64,000 bases of DNA, from positions 82,646,001 through 82,710,000 of the forward strand of contig OX597817.1 in the NCBI GenBank assembly GCA_951406725.2, written 5' to 3'. The notes below the pieces were generated by a model, which searched no databases, had not been told where the DNA came from, and was given only the letters and a program-made list of their open reading frames with translations. This stretch comes from Octopus vulgaris (taxonomy: Eukaryota). Shown piece by piece: positions 36,860 to 50,095 of this stretch. Made by a program: the position numbers and the translations under genes. The number at the start of each line of letters is the position of its first letter. The first letter of the stretch is position 1.

Positions 36860-39800
36860 AGTGTATATGTTTGTGTGACTGTGTTTGCTCCCCCAACATT
36901 GCTTGACAACTGATGCTGGTGTGTTTATGTCCCCATAACTTAGCGGCAAGAGAGACTGATAGAATAAGTACTAGGCTTACAAAGAATAAGTTCTGGGGTT
37001 GATTTGCTTGACTAAAGGCGGTGCTCCAGCTTGGCCACAGTCACATGACTGAAACAATTGAAATAGTAAAGAGAGAGTAAAGGGTAAAGAGTCCTGGAAC
37101 CTTCTGATACCACCTCATAAAGCAGCAGTCAATATTAGGGTTTACAGTATAATCTTACATCTCTGCCTCACAACTGCTGCCCTTGTGCAAAAATTTGAAT
37201 CCATTTTTTGTATCATTATTATTGACATTATTATCATTATGATGGTGGTGGTTGTGGTGTGATAACAATAATGATGTTCATTAATTATTAATTCACTAAG
37301 TAGCATATTTTAGATAATGGAAAAAATGTACTGAAAAGTATACTTTCAAATTAATCTTGTCCACAGAGAAATACAGCTAACACACACATATATAGTAACT
37401 ACAGATATGGCCTTCGATAAATCAGCAACTCTGATTTGTATAAATAGTGTCTAACTGCTAGTCAAACACTATGCAAATCAGAATTGCTAATTTACAGAAG
37501 ACTTATTTAGAGTGATTACAAATATAGCTAAAAACTATATTTCTTATTATCAGAGAGATAAAGATAAGTGTGCAACTTCTGAAGAAAATCTGATTAATTC
37601 TTATACATTGTGCTGAAATACATACTACTAGCAAAAAGCTATAGAGGATCAGCAGCTCTTTCACTCAAAATGGGTCTGCTTCATGCACAACTCCTGTGTT
37701 CACCATTAGAATGTAAGGAAACAGATTGGATATGAAGGCAGTATGCCATATGTACAGACTGAACACTTTACTATTATTCACAGCATTTCAGAGTGTGCAG
37801 TGTGGAGTATGACCCTTCATCATCATCTGATCGGGTGACTTGCCCAGACAAATAAGTCAAACTGGTCTTTCAATAGCTGAATATCTCATCTGCACATTCT
37901 GTGACTACAGATAGTAACAGTAATTACTAATTAAACTGGCTGATCCTGGCCATTGACAGTTTTCTGATTGTTCATCCGCTTAGCATCTAATGATATTCAC
38001 CAATGACTGAATAAGCTTATCAGCTAAAATAGTTCACATCCACACTATTGTATCCCATGGTTTCCAATGGGACACTTGTTCTGGCTGTTACCAGGTGTTA
38101 AGTCTTGCCAAAGGGTCACCTGTGATTTATTCTGGGGCTGTTTATCCCTATATTTGCAGCTGACCTCTATTTACGCACTACTTAACTCATAGCTGGGAAC
38201 TGAGAGGTGCTGCTACTCAAGGTCAGAGTAAATTGGAAAACAATAGTGACTAAGTGGTGGTTCCACACTCCTTAAAACCTCCAGAACTCCTGAACCAAGA
38301 AGACGGACCTGTGGATTGCACCTCATAATTTGGCTGATTATCTGAGTCACAAAGATGATCTGGAGCTGATGCAACAACAACAACAACAACTTAACATTTC
38401 TTTGTAAAATTTGATAGGAAGACAAACTCATTGAGGCAATGTAGGATCTTCCACAAATCACACCATGGCAGCTCATAAAAGAAAAGACATATTGAGGAAT
38501 TGGAGTTGGATTGGTTGAATAAAAAAACAGGAGAATCACAGCCGGAATACACTTGATTGTTAGTTTATCTAATCCAGATACACCTAGGGTTAAAAGACAA
38601 CAGTGGAGGCGTGTGGCTTAGTGGTTAGGGTGTCAGCATCATGATCATAAGACTGTGGTTTCAATTCTTGGACCGGGTGATGCATTGTGTTCTTGAGCAA
38701 AACACTTCATTTCATGTTGCTCCAGTCCACTCAGCTGGCCAAAATGAGTAACAGTGCGATGGACTGGCATCCCATCCAGCTGGGGACCAAATGCCATTGA
38801 AACCGGGAAACCGGGCCCATGAGCCTGGCTAGGCTTTAAAAGAGTGCATTTATTTTATTCTATTATTTAAAGACAACAACAAATGGATAACAAATTATGT
38901 CACTCTGAAATAATAAATCTTGTAGATTTGGGTCCAGGACCACAGCATGGCAACTTGGGCAAGTGTCCTTTACTATAGCTCCAGACCAACTAGGGCTTTG
39001 CAAGTGAATTTGGTAGACAGAAACTGTGTAGAAGCCCAGATAATATATGTCATTATATTATCCAGTTGAGCAGGTCTCTTGTTGGCTGACGATAATTGCA
39101 TCTCTGATCATGAGCAGAAATTAGTGGGAGAGGAATTCTTGGGGGTTTGAATAATTCACCTCTAGAAATGGTTTTGTTTGTAGCAGAGCAGCAGCATGAC
39201 ATAATAGTTGTGTCCAGCTGCCTTTTGTTTATAAATGTCGTGTGTGTTTTTTATTGGTCAATTTTACTGTTCCATCACTGATTCTAGTCTCCATGAAGAT
39301 GTTCTTTTTAATGGAGAAAGGCAACTAGAATCGGGTTTATGACAGTTATTTAAACCCAGATTTTGGGGAAATTATTTAGTGACACTTGGTTGCCACACAG
39401 GACCTTGTCACTCAATTCGGCATTGCTATTTTGCATTGTTCATTCTTCATTACCTTATGTCATGCTATTCTCAAGAACTTTAAAGAATTAGCTAAGTAAA
39501 TTTATCCTGTCGTCATTCTCGCAACAGATACTTTTTAAAAATGCTTACTTCATATATAACATGTGCTACAATTTTTCCATCATGATTATGTCATGATGAA
39601 TTCACTGTTTATATTTTTACTACTTTCTGTAATTAAACAACTGGAGTTAAACTCAGTCCATTCTTCTCTTTTGTATAATGCGTACTACAAACTCTCATCG
39701 TATGTTAATAAGGTTAATATGCATGCACCCCTATGGAGATATACTCAAGCATTTGTCAACATGAGAAAATACAGTCAACCCAGTACGATGAAACTAAATA

Positions 39801-40503
39801 ACATTTTCCGAATAAACATAACTTCTTAAATTTACTTCCACAGATATTTTCATCTTGCTATTGGACACATTTTCTTATCTTATTTAAACTGTCATATAAC
39901 TGTGCTAGTGAAATGTCAGTCTTCTTCAATATACATGCTGAATGTGGCTCAGAGTGTATATTACATATCTGCATTCTGCGTACACCTCAAAACTCCTTCT
40001 TGCAAATAGGTCATTAAGACAAGCGACATTTACCTATACGTAAAAACATTATATGTGTATATAATTATACTCAAATCTATATGAACGATCATAACCTGGA
40101 ACCTGTCAAAACGCAGCCAAACCTACTGTTTATAACTGATGACATATACACTTACAACAGTAAGCAGTTATAGTTGGTGACAACCTGACTTTCAGAGTAT
40201 TTGTATGTTCAACATCCTTAAACTTTATGAATAGGATGGGCTACTCAACCTGAAGAAAATTCTAACTGGGCCCCATCTGCAAGATCATGCACTGTTTATC
40301 TTGATATGAGGTCACAATGTTGTGCATGTATGGTTGTGATGCATGTGCCTGGTTTACCCTTATCAGATAGGAAATCATGATGAGTATATCTGGCTTCATA
40401 TATTTGTACCCCAATATCACTTTGATGGCAGGCTTTGCTCTCTCACTCAATAATAATAAATAAAAATGTGTTGGGATTGATTTGTTTAACTAAAACCCTT
40501 TAA

Positions 40504-40722
40504 CCCTTTCGTTACCAAACCGGCTGAAACCGGCTCTGGCTCTGAGTACAAATGTCTTCTTTTCATAAGTTTTGAATTAAAATCTTCCACCAAACCTTAG
40601 TCACAATTTATGTTCCTAACACTAGCTGAATGATACCTAAGTTATTTTACTAATTCTTTGTTATATTTAAAGTAATTTAAAGAAACACAGAGCATCTCAA
40701 AATAAATACAGTAACGAAAGGG
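40504..40722. mobile_element. piggyBac-like MITE
   Basis: TTAA|CCCTTTCGTTAC...GTAACGAAAGGG|TTAA. Confidence 0.9.
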
Positions 40723-40848
40723 TTAAGTTTGTACCCTAACGCGGCTGCAGTGCAATGACTGAATGAGTAAAAGTTAAAAAATAAAACGTTAATACTTAAA
40801 TATGTGATTAAACTCAAATGAAATATAATATGATATTATTTAACATAC

Positions 40849-40918
40849 CTGGCTCATCAGCTGTAACAACATTTTCTAATTTGTCTTCATAATCTTTTGC
40901 TACTTGGATTATTTTCGC
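40849..40918 (-). CDS. TSNAXIP1: TSNAXIP1-like exon (70 nt, phase 0-1)
   Basis: Acceptor caatttcAG, donor CCAG|GTatgt. Encodes AKIIQVAKDYEDKLENVVTADEP+G and is in frame with both neighbouring exons. Confidence 0.8.
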
Positions 40919-40997
40919 CTGAAATTGAAATGAAAATTAATTACTACTATTCCTTGGGTTATATGGTGAATAGGTCTTGTGAATCACTATGCTAGCT

Positions 40998-41028
<31 letters not shown>

Positions 41029-41595
41029 TGAGTGAGTCAAAAGATAGTACTTTGCCAATGGCTAAAAGTTGTTTTGACACTTATTTCCAGCAATGCTGCT
41101 GCTGGCTTGCACCCTGAGTCACTTAAGTGATGACTATACTACTGCCTTTTGGTTTTAAATTGCGACTGACCACTTTAATAATTTATATGTATATACCAGT
41201 TGTGTAGATGACTGGCCCCAAATTCTCTGTGTCTCACTGGTACACGTCTTGCTTTCTATTGTTTTTCTAATCCCTTAGGATTGCCCTCCTAGCGATACAC
41301 ACCATTCATGTTCTTTTGGCCCTGCGGTTGTAGTCTGCTCGTTTCTTATCTATTTCACCTTTGTCTGTCATCCATCATCTTAAATTACATTTATTCACTT
41401 TCCTATGTCCACTTCTGTATTGCTTGTTATCCATGTACTGCTTGCTCTTGGCCCTATATTCTCTGCAACTTTCACAGACACTGCTACCACGGGGAAACAT
41501 CTCAGTCTTATCATGAATGGTGCCAAACTGAGTAATATCAGTTGATGAAGAATTAGGGACCTTCTGTGTCTGTCTTCTATCTGTTTGTGCACAAA

Positions 41596-41679
41596 ATATA
41601 TGTTATATATTTTTTACTTTTCATTTCTGTATTTATTATACATTTTTCATTTATTACACACACACACATCATATATCTA

Positions 41680-41746
<67 letters not shown>

Positions 41747-41833
41747 AGATAGATATAGATATATGATGTGTGTGTGTGTAATAAATGAAAAATGTATAAT
41801 AAATACAGAAATGAAAAGTAAAAAATATATAAC

Positions 41834-41839
<6 letters not shown>
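41596..41839. repeat. Near-perfect palindrome centred on (CT)n(TA)n(GA)n
   Basis: 41596-41700 is mirrored at about 41722-41839. Confidence 0.9.
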
Positions 41840-41875
<36 letters not shown>

Positions 41876-42047
41876 CATAAATATATATACACATATAAAT
41901 TATAAATGACAGAAATAATATGATGTAAATTTATTTAATTATAAACAAAATACACGACAAATTGTTTTGTAACTTAAAGCATGTAAAGAGAATTTATATT
42001 ATTATATTTAATAATAAATAAACTATATATATATGCATACACACACG

Positions 42048-42078
<31 letters not shown>

Positions 42079-42782
42079 GCATATATGGGTGCAGGACATC
42101 ACAAACTGTAAACAACATGAAATATGAAAACAAATGAGTTGAATACACAAATAACAAGACAAAGAAATGGAAAACAGGGCAAGTAACATACAGAAGACCC
42201 TTCACCAGTTGTTGGCTGTCCATCTACTCCTCATTTCGAGCATTGAAGCGCAATATGAGTCTTCAGAGGCAGTTGCTCCCTCAAAAGCCAAAACAGAATT
42301 TGGGATTTATAGAGGATCAAAGTTGGTAACAAAAACAAGACAGAGAAGACATGAAAGGAAACTGAATGAAAACAAAAATAGAGGGTTGTTAGGCCAGACA
42401 AAGGTAAAATAATGAGCGCTGGAGAAATATTTTCTTTGACAAGAGAAAAGACAAGACATAAGTGAAAGATAGACAGGATACGTGCAGTCTTTATGACAGC
42501 CCTGAAAGAAAGGAAAGATGATCATGTGAGGAAAAGAAAGAGGGATGAGCAACAAGAGTGAGAGAGAGTAAAGGAGAAGGAGGGAGAGAGAGAGAGACAG
42601 AGAAAAAACTGTGAATGGGAGAAAAATGGAATTAGAGAAAGGATGAGAGAGAAAACAATAGAGGAAGAGAACAATATAGAGTAGAGTGGCATCAAAAATA
42701 TTAGATAACCTTACTTGGAAATGGATGCATGGTGTTCAATGAAATAGTAATATAAATCATATATATATATATATATATTATA

Positions 42783-43575
42783 TTTGTATCTTGTGGTACC
42801 AGTGCCGGTGGCACACAAGAAAACCATCCGAACGTGGCCGTAGCCAGTACCGCATCGACTGGCCTCCGTGCTGTGGGCACGCAACAAACACCATCCGATC
42901 GTGGCCGTTCGCCATCCTCATCTGGCACCTGTGTCGGTGGCACATAAAAACACCATCCGAAGACCCGGCAAGACTAGTCAGGCCATAACCCGTGGCCCCT
43001 ACCTGGGACGTAGTCAGTCCACCTGTGCATACCTTCCTTCTTGTGACACTTGTGAAGACCTGTTGAGGCAAGTGAAAATCAAATCAAATCAAAACAAATC
43101 AAAATAGATGAACATCAATGGAATTTGTATCTTTGTGGTACCAGTGCCGGTGGCACACAAGAAAATCATCCGAACGTGGCCGTAGCCAGTACCGCATAGA
43201 CTGGCCTCCGTGCTTTGGGGACGTAACAAACACCATCCGATCGTGGCCGTCCGCCAGCCTCATCTGGCACCTGTGTCGGTGGCACATAAAAACACCATCC
43301 GAGCGTGGCCGTCTGCCAGCCTCGTCTGGCACCTGTGTCGGTGGTACATAAAAACACCATCCGAGCGTGGCCGTTCGCCAGCCTCGTCTGGCACCTGTGT
43401 CGGTGGCACATAAAATCACCCACTACACTCTCGGAGTGGTTGGCGTTAGGAAGGGCATCCAGCTGTAGAAACACTGCCAGATCTGACTGGCCTGGTGCAG
43501 CCTTCGGGCTCCCCAGACCCCAGTTGAACTGTCCAACCCATGCTAGCATGGAAAACGGACGCTAAATGATGATGA
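42783..43575 (+). mobile_element. RTE 3'-module element with internal tandem units of about 62 bp and a duplicated 5' block
   Basis: Repeated TCTGGCACCTGTGTCGGTGGCACATAAAAACACCATCCGA. 42783-42960 recurs at about 43125-43300. (GAT)n tail. Confidence 0.8.
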
Positions 43576-43887
43576 TATATACATATATATATCATATATA
43601 TATACATATATATTCATATATATACATATGTATATATATATACATATATGTATATATATCATATATATATATATATATATACACATATATATATATCATA
43701 TATATATATGTATATATAGATCAGCAGAAGTTTCACCTTTACCTTCTGCTGGAGCCGCATGGAGCTTAGATGTTTCGCTCATCAGCACACACATCGTCCA
43801 ATCTGAGATTCGAGCCCGTGATCCCTCAACTGCGAGTCCGCTACTCTAACCACCAGGCCATGTGTCTCCACTGTGTGTATGTGCATA

Positions 43888-44325
43888 TATGGGTACAGGA
43901 CATCACAAACCATAAACAACATGAAATACGAAAACAAATGAGTTCAATATGCAAACAAGAGAAACAAATTGAAAATAAGACAAGTAACATAAATAACAAC
44001 CTTTCATCAGTTGTCAGCTGTCCATCTACTCCTCATTTCGAGCACTGAATGACATGTGCCATTGAAGTCCTGTTTTTCTTACCAAATTTGATCCTCCATA
44101 AATCTCAAATTTTATTCTTGCTCTTGTGGGAGCAACTACCTTCAAAGACTCATATTGTCATTTAATGCTCGAAATGAGGAGTAGATGGACAGCCGACAAC
44201 TGATGAAGGTTTATTCTTTATACTATTTGTTCTGTTTTCCATTTGTTTCTCCCGTTGTTTGCATATTCAACTCATTTGTTTTCGTATTTCATGTTGTTTA
44301 TGGCTGGTGATATCCTTTACCCATA
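43888..44325. mobile_element. Fold-back element with arms of about 168 bp; one-armed relative at 42085-42340
   Basis: 43888-44055 is an imperfect reverse complement of 44156-44325. The spacer is antisense to about 42250-42340. Both ends are ACCCATAT abutting TA repeats. Confidence 0.75.
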
Positions 44326-44381
44326 TATATATATATATATATATATTGTGTATACATATATATGTGTGTGTATATATATGC

Positions 44382-44422
<41 letters not shown>

Positions 44423-44503
44423 TGTATATAGAAACATATTATTTCTATTTTTATTTGATTGAATGCCACACGTCCATTTCCAAGTAAGTTTTTCTACTCA
44501 CAC

Positions 44504-44574
<71 letters not shown>

Positions 44575-44854
44575 CATACATATATACATACATATATATA
44601 TACATACATATATATATATATTTGTATATATATCAACAAAACAGGAAAATAGGAGATTTTTGGGTATTTTTCATATTTTGGTTTTTTTGTTTTGTTTATT
44701 CAACAACTCTCCAAATAATATTTCCAAACTCTTCGATTTTAATGTGTTTTGATTTAAATACAACAGTAATAATGGATACTTATTGATTGTAACAATGGAA
44801 TAAGCAGATGTGCTTCAAGAGGAAACAGTTGGGATTTAACTTAAAAATGTATAT

Positions 44855-44892
<38 letters not shown>

Positions 44893-45526
44893 CATGATGA
44901 AACTTTATTTAACAGTTTTCATAAATATTGTCACTAAATACTTTTATTTAGTTTTAATCTGCTATTATTATAATTATATATTTTTTTCTGTTTATGATCT
45001 ATTGTCTAGACTTTTAGTAATAAATTTGTCTCTTTTCTTTTATTGTACTAATAATATCTATAAGTTACTTTTTACTTATATTACTAAAATTTGCTTCCAT
45101 TTATTACACAACCCTCTTGTTAATTTACATCAATTTTATTATTATTGTCTTCTAAAATCTACAATTTGAGACAGACTTTCTTTCACCTGAGGATGTAGCT
45201 TAACTTCTGCATTATTTTGAAGGACTTTTGTATTTTGCATTAATGCAAACATGTAAGTTATTTATTTATTATTAAATATAATAATATAAATTATTTACAT
45301 GTTTTTCAGTTACAAAACAACTTGTTTTGATATTAGAATTTTCTTATTGTTAAATAAAATTTCTTCATACAATTTCTCTGTAATTTATGACTTTATACAC
45401 TCCTTATCATTTTCTCTTCTATCATACTATATATTTTATATGTTTTGTAGAATGATACATTAAAAATGATACATTGAGCTTTTTCTATGAGAACAACCGG
45501 ATTACTTGCAGCCATATATTGTGACT

Positions 45527-45574
<48 letters not shown>

Positions 45575-45577
<3 letters not shown>

Positions 45578-46849
45578 GCTACGATGGGTAAATTGTCATC
45601 ATTTTGTTTTTTCAATTTCTCGCATACGTATTGTTTGTTTTTTTATTTTGTTGACTACACGATATAGTAGGGTCAGTTGGGCACCATCTATGAGAAAAAC
45701 AACACCACGACACAATTCACTCTGTCAGAAATTTGGAGATGACAAGTCATACTGCTTGGCATTTGCACCAGAAGCACCAATATGAACATTTCAGAGTGTT
45801 TGGGTGTCGATCTGAGGACAGTGCAGAGGATTCAGAAAAAGTTGGATGAGTCTAAAGGCGATTATGAAGGTACGGTGGCTTGGGAAACTCACTCTGATCA
45901 TTCTGAAGAAAAGAACTGAATTTATTGGTGAGATCCAGGCCATGATTGACAATGAACCCTCCAAGTCAATCAGGTACATGGGTATGCGTGAATTTCTTAT
46001 CAAGCATATATTGCATGGAGACATTTGGTATTCCTCGTGCAATTTTTACCCCAAGTCATCAAAGACAAGATGAAAGACCATGTTATGAAGCTTTTGAACA
46101 AGCTCAAGCATCCCCTCCAATTGAACATGCTTTGGTTTTTCTCAGATGAGAAAAATTTCTGTCAGAGTCAGATGTTGAACATACAAAACAACTGTTGGCT
46201 TGTCATGTCCCCAAAACATGTACTGAGAGTGATAAAAATCAAACATCCAGTCAACATCATGGTGTTTGGAGAGATCACTAGTGATGGCAATGTTATGCCT
46301 CCATTCATCTTCACACAAGGCTTCAAACTCAGCATGGAGGATACATTAAGCAGTGCCTACATCAAGATGGTGCTGCCCTAGCACAAGAGGGTGGCTGCTG
46401 GAAGACCATATGTCTGGTAACAGGATATTGTACCATGCCACACAAGCAGGAAAACCAAGTTATGGCTGTCAAACAATTCCTGCAACCACATCAACCCTAA
46501 CATCTGGCCACCTAACTCCCCATACTGCAACCCCCTTGATTATTATGTGTGGGGTGCAGCTGAGCAAGAGACTAACAAAACTCCTTGTAACACCAAATAT
46601 GAACTGAAGGCAAGGATTATGGCAGCATTCACCAACTTAAACAAGGACACCATCTAAAAGAGTTGCAGGAGATTTCGAAGCCATCTGGAAGCTGTGGTTG
46701 AAGTGAATGGTGATTTTATTGAATAAATTTACTCTTTAGTGTTTCAAGATATTTTAACGTAATATTAGAAAATATATCAGTTAAAACGAGATGTCAGTGT
46801 TATTTCCACTTTTGCGTAACTTAGACAACAATATATTCACCACATCCTG
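45575..46849 (+). mobile_element. Defective DD37D Tc1/mariner element (1275 bp)
   Basis: TA-flanked imperfect TIRs. WFFSDEKNF, QDIVPCH and WPPNSPYCNPLDYYVW with 37 codons between the last two Asp. Confidence 0.9.
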
Positions 46850-47488
46850 TATGTATGTACATACATATATATATATGCACACACACACATATATACATAT
46901 ATGAGTGGATTTGATAGATGGAAACCGAAAAAAAGCCATTTATCATCGAATCATCGTTTAATGTCCATTTTCCATACTAGCATGGATTGGACGGTTTGAC
47001 CGGGGTCTGGGAAGGCAGGAGGCTGCGCCAGACTCCAGTCTGATATGGCAGTGTTTCTACAGCTGGATGCCCTTCCTAACGCCAACCACTTCGTGAGTGT
47101 AGTGGGTGCTTTTTACGTGCCACCGGCACAGGGGCCAGAGGAGGCCAGCAAACGGCCGCAGTCAGTTGGTGCTTTTTACATGTCACTGACACGGATGCCT
47201 GTCAGGCGGCGCTACACACACACATATATATATACACACACACACGCATGTGTGTGTTTGTCTGTTTTTATCTCACCATCTCTTGAGAACCTGTGTTGGT
47301 GGGTGGTGTGTTTATGTGCATGTAACTTAGTGATTCAGCAAAAGAGACTGATGGAATAAGTACTAGGCTTAAAAAAAGATAAATCCTGGGTTCTATTTGC
47401 TTGACTAAAACTCTTCAAGGCAGTGTCCCAGCTTGGCCACAGTCAAGTGACTGAAACAAGTAAAAGAAAAAAAAGATAAACGATATTA

Positions 47489-47542
<54 letters not shown>

Positions 47543-48103
47543 CCTCATCATCATTTAGTGTCCATTTTCTATGCTGGCATGGATTAGATGGTTTGACTGG
47601 GACTTGTATAACAGAGAGCTGTATCAGGCTTCAGTTTAATTTGGTTTGGTTTCTACAGCTGGATGCCTTTCCTATCACCAACCACTCCAAGAGTGTAATG
47701 GGTGCCTTATGTGTGTTACTGGCATGGGTGCCTTTTATGTCTCACTAGCACTGTCCATGGCTATGATTTCCCATGGCTTGGCATATCTTTTCAAGCACAC
47801 CAAATTGTCAAAATTCTTGATCACTTGTCATTGCCTCAACGTCTGAAGATCATGCTTCACCACCTCATCCCATGTCTTCCTGGGTCTACCTCTTCCACTG
47901 GTTCCTTCCAGAATTAGAGATTTGCACTCCTTTATGCAGCAGTCCTCATCCATATGCATCACATGACCATATCAGCACAGTCTTCTCTCTATCACACCAC
48001 ATCCGATGCCTCTAATGCCCAAGATGCTTACACTCTGTCAGCCCTGGTCAAACCGTCCAGCCCATGGCCACATAAACAAATGAACATTAAATGATGATGA
48101 TGA

Positions 48104-48148
<45 letters not shown>

Positions 48149-48160
48149 AAATCATATATA

Positions 48161-49399
48161 CTGGATCATCCCATAAATAATGTGTTTTTTTTTAATAGCA
48201 AGAACTAAAAGTCATAGGGGGATGGGATAAACTACCTGCATCAACTTCCTATAAAAGCAGGTAGTAATTTTACCTTGTATTTATTCTTAGTACAAGCTTT
48301 GAAGAGTGCAGTTCGATTTTAACAGTTATTTTTTTCAAAGATATAATGGAAGTGACACAGGAACATATGCGGCATATTTTGCTTTATGAGTTCGATAAAG
48401 AAACAACACAATGGAAAGTGTGAGGAATATTAATGCAGTATATGAGGATCGTACAATATGCATAAGCCAGTGTCAATGGTGGTTCCAGAAATTCCAAGCC
48501 AGAAACTACAGTGTAGAAGATGAGCCTCGTCCTGGAAGATCTGTTGAGCTTGATGAGGATGGCCTGCAAACCCTGGTGGAACAAAATCCTATTGTAACTA
48601 TTAAGTAACTAGTAGAGAAGCTTGGATTTGGTCATTCAACCATTCATCAACACCTGTGTGCCATCAGGAAAGACAGCAAATTAGATCAATGGGTTCCACA
48701 CATACTTTCTAAGTCTAATAACGCACAGAGAGTAAATGTATGCTCTTCTTTGCTGTCATGTCTCACGAATAAACCTTTTTTTGAGCGAATAGTGACTGGT
48801 GATGAGAAATGGGTTCTCTATAAAAATGTCAAGTGCCAAAGACAGAGGGTAGGAAAAGGAGAAATATCAGTATCCCAAGCTAAAGGTCTCACCAACGTAA
48901 GGTGTTGTTATCTGTTTGGTGGGATACGAAAGATTTAGTCCTCTTTGAACTTTTAAACCCAAGCCAAACAATAACAAAGGAGTTCTACTGTGAACAGCTT
49001 TGGTTTCAAGACGAAAGGTGTTCTTTCATCAAGATAATGCTTGGCCACATAGAGTGAGGATAACATTCCAAAAGCTGGAGCAGTTTGAATGGGAAACGAT
49101 GCTCACCCACCATATTCACCAGACATTGCCCCATGTTGTTATAATTTATTCTGCAGTCTTCAAAATCATTTGGACAGAAAAAATATGAATTCTGTAGACG
49201 AAGTCAGAACAGTAGTGGAGGAGTATTTTCCTCATACACAAGTGAATTTTGGAAGAGGAGCCTTGCAAGTCTACCAGATAGATGGAAGAGCAGTGCAGAA
49301 AATAAAGGAGAGTATATTTTAGATTTAAAAAGAACTTTATCTTAATTTTGAAAAATAAAAGAAGTATAAAAAAATTGCATAATTAATGGGATGATCCAA
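48161..49399 (+). mobile_element. Defective mariner
   Basis: TIRs (C/T)TGGATCATCCCAT. Fragments DEPRPGR, IVTGDEKWVLY, FHQDNAWPH and HPPYSPDIAP. Confidence 0.92.
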
Positions 49400-49839
49400 T
49401 TTATGTATTCACACAGACACACATACAAAAGAACTGTTGTGATATTGGGCTTTACCTTCCATCCAAAATAATAGCACTTTTTCCATTGCTTCCATTTTAC
49501 TTCTATGTATGAGGTATGTTTTAAAGTTATTGAAGATTTAGTAATTATATACACTGTGATATTTTAATTCATTTCATTACAATGTTCTCAGACTTTCTGT
49601 AATAATATTAAACTGTTTTGCAGTTTCTCTTGAACTCTTTTCATTTTGCAATTGATTTAATATTTCCAGAGAAATTGACATTTTTCCCAGTTGTAATTGT
49701 ATTATTCTATCTTAAAAATATTTACTGAAATGTAAAAAAAATATGATGTCCAACTTATGTGTTAGACTTGAACATGGTCTACTTCCAATACTGAAGCATT
49801 GAAATGAAGGTAAAAATGAAACTCTAAAGTGGTAATGAC

Positions 49840-49874
49840 AAAGAAGAAGAAGTAGTAGTAGTAGTAGTAGTAGT

Positions 49875-49912
<38 letters not shown>

Positions 49913-50095
49913 TAGTAGTAACAGCAGTAGCAGTAGTAGTAGTAAAAGCAGCAGTAGTAGTAGTAGTAACAGCAGCAGTAGTAGCAGTAGTAGTAGTGGT
50001 AAAAGCAGCAACAGCAGCAGCAGTAGTAGTAGTAGTAGTAGTAGTCCTTTGTCTTCATTGGTGCTGACAGCAGTGGCATCATCATCATCATCATT
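49840..50095. repeat. Compound (TAG/CAG/CAT)n microsatellite
   Basis: Directly visible. Confidence 0.95.

Larger units (their letters stand above)
32083..37117 (+). mobile_element. Decayed mariner split by a nested SINE and PLE (body 32083-32920, right end 37089-37117)
   Basis: YSPDLAPC motif at about 32660. Terminal GTCCTGGAACCTTCTGATACCACCTCA|TA resumes after the SINE tail. Confidence 0.65.

Noticed and set aside
42975-43080. HDV-like or twister ribozyme in the RTE 3' module
   Set aside because: A GGCCA/TGGCC hairpin exists, but I could not build the required pseudoknot pairings by eye.
44165-44215. Possible hammerhead (CGAAA and CTGATGA close together; also about 42200-42270)
   Set aside because: Stems II and III cannot be paired in any topology and there is no valid NUH site.
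45184-45258. Possible hammerhead starting CTGAGGA
   Set aside because: No GAAA directly after stem II and stem I does not close. At most a decayed relic.
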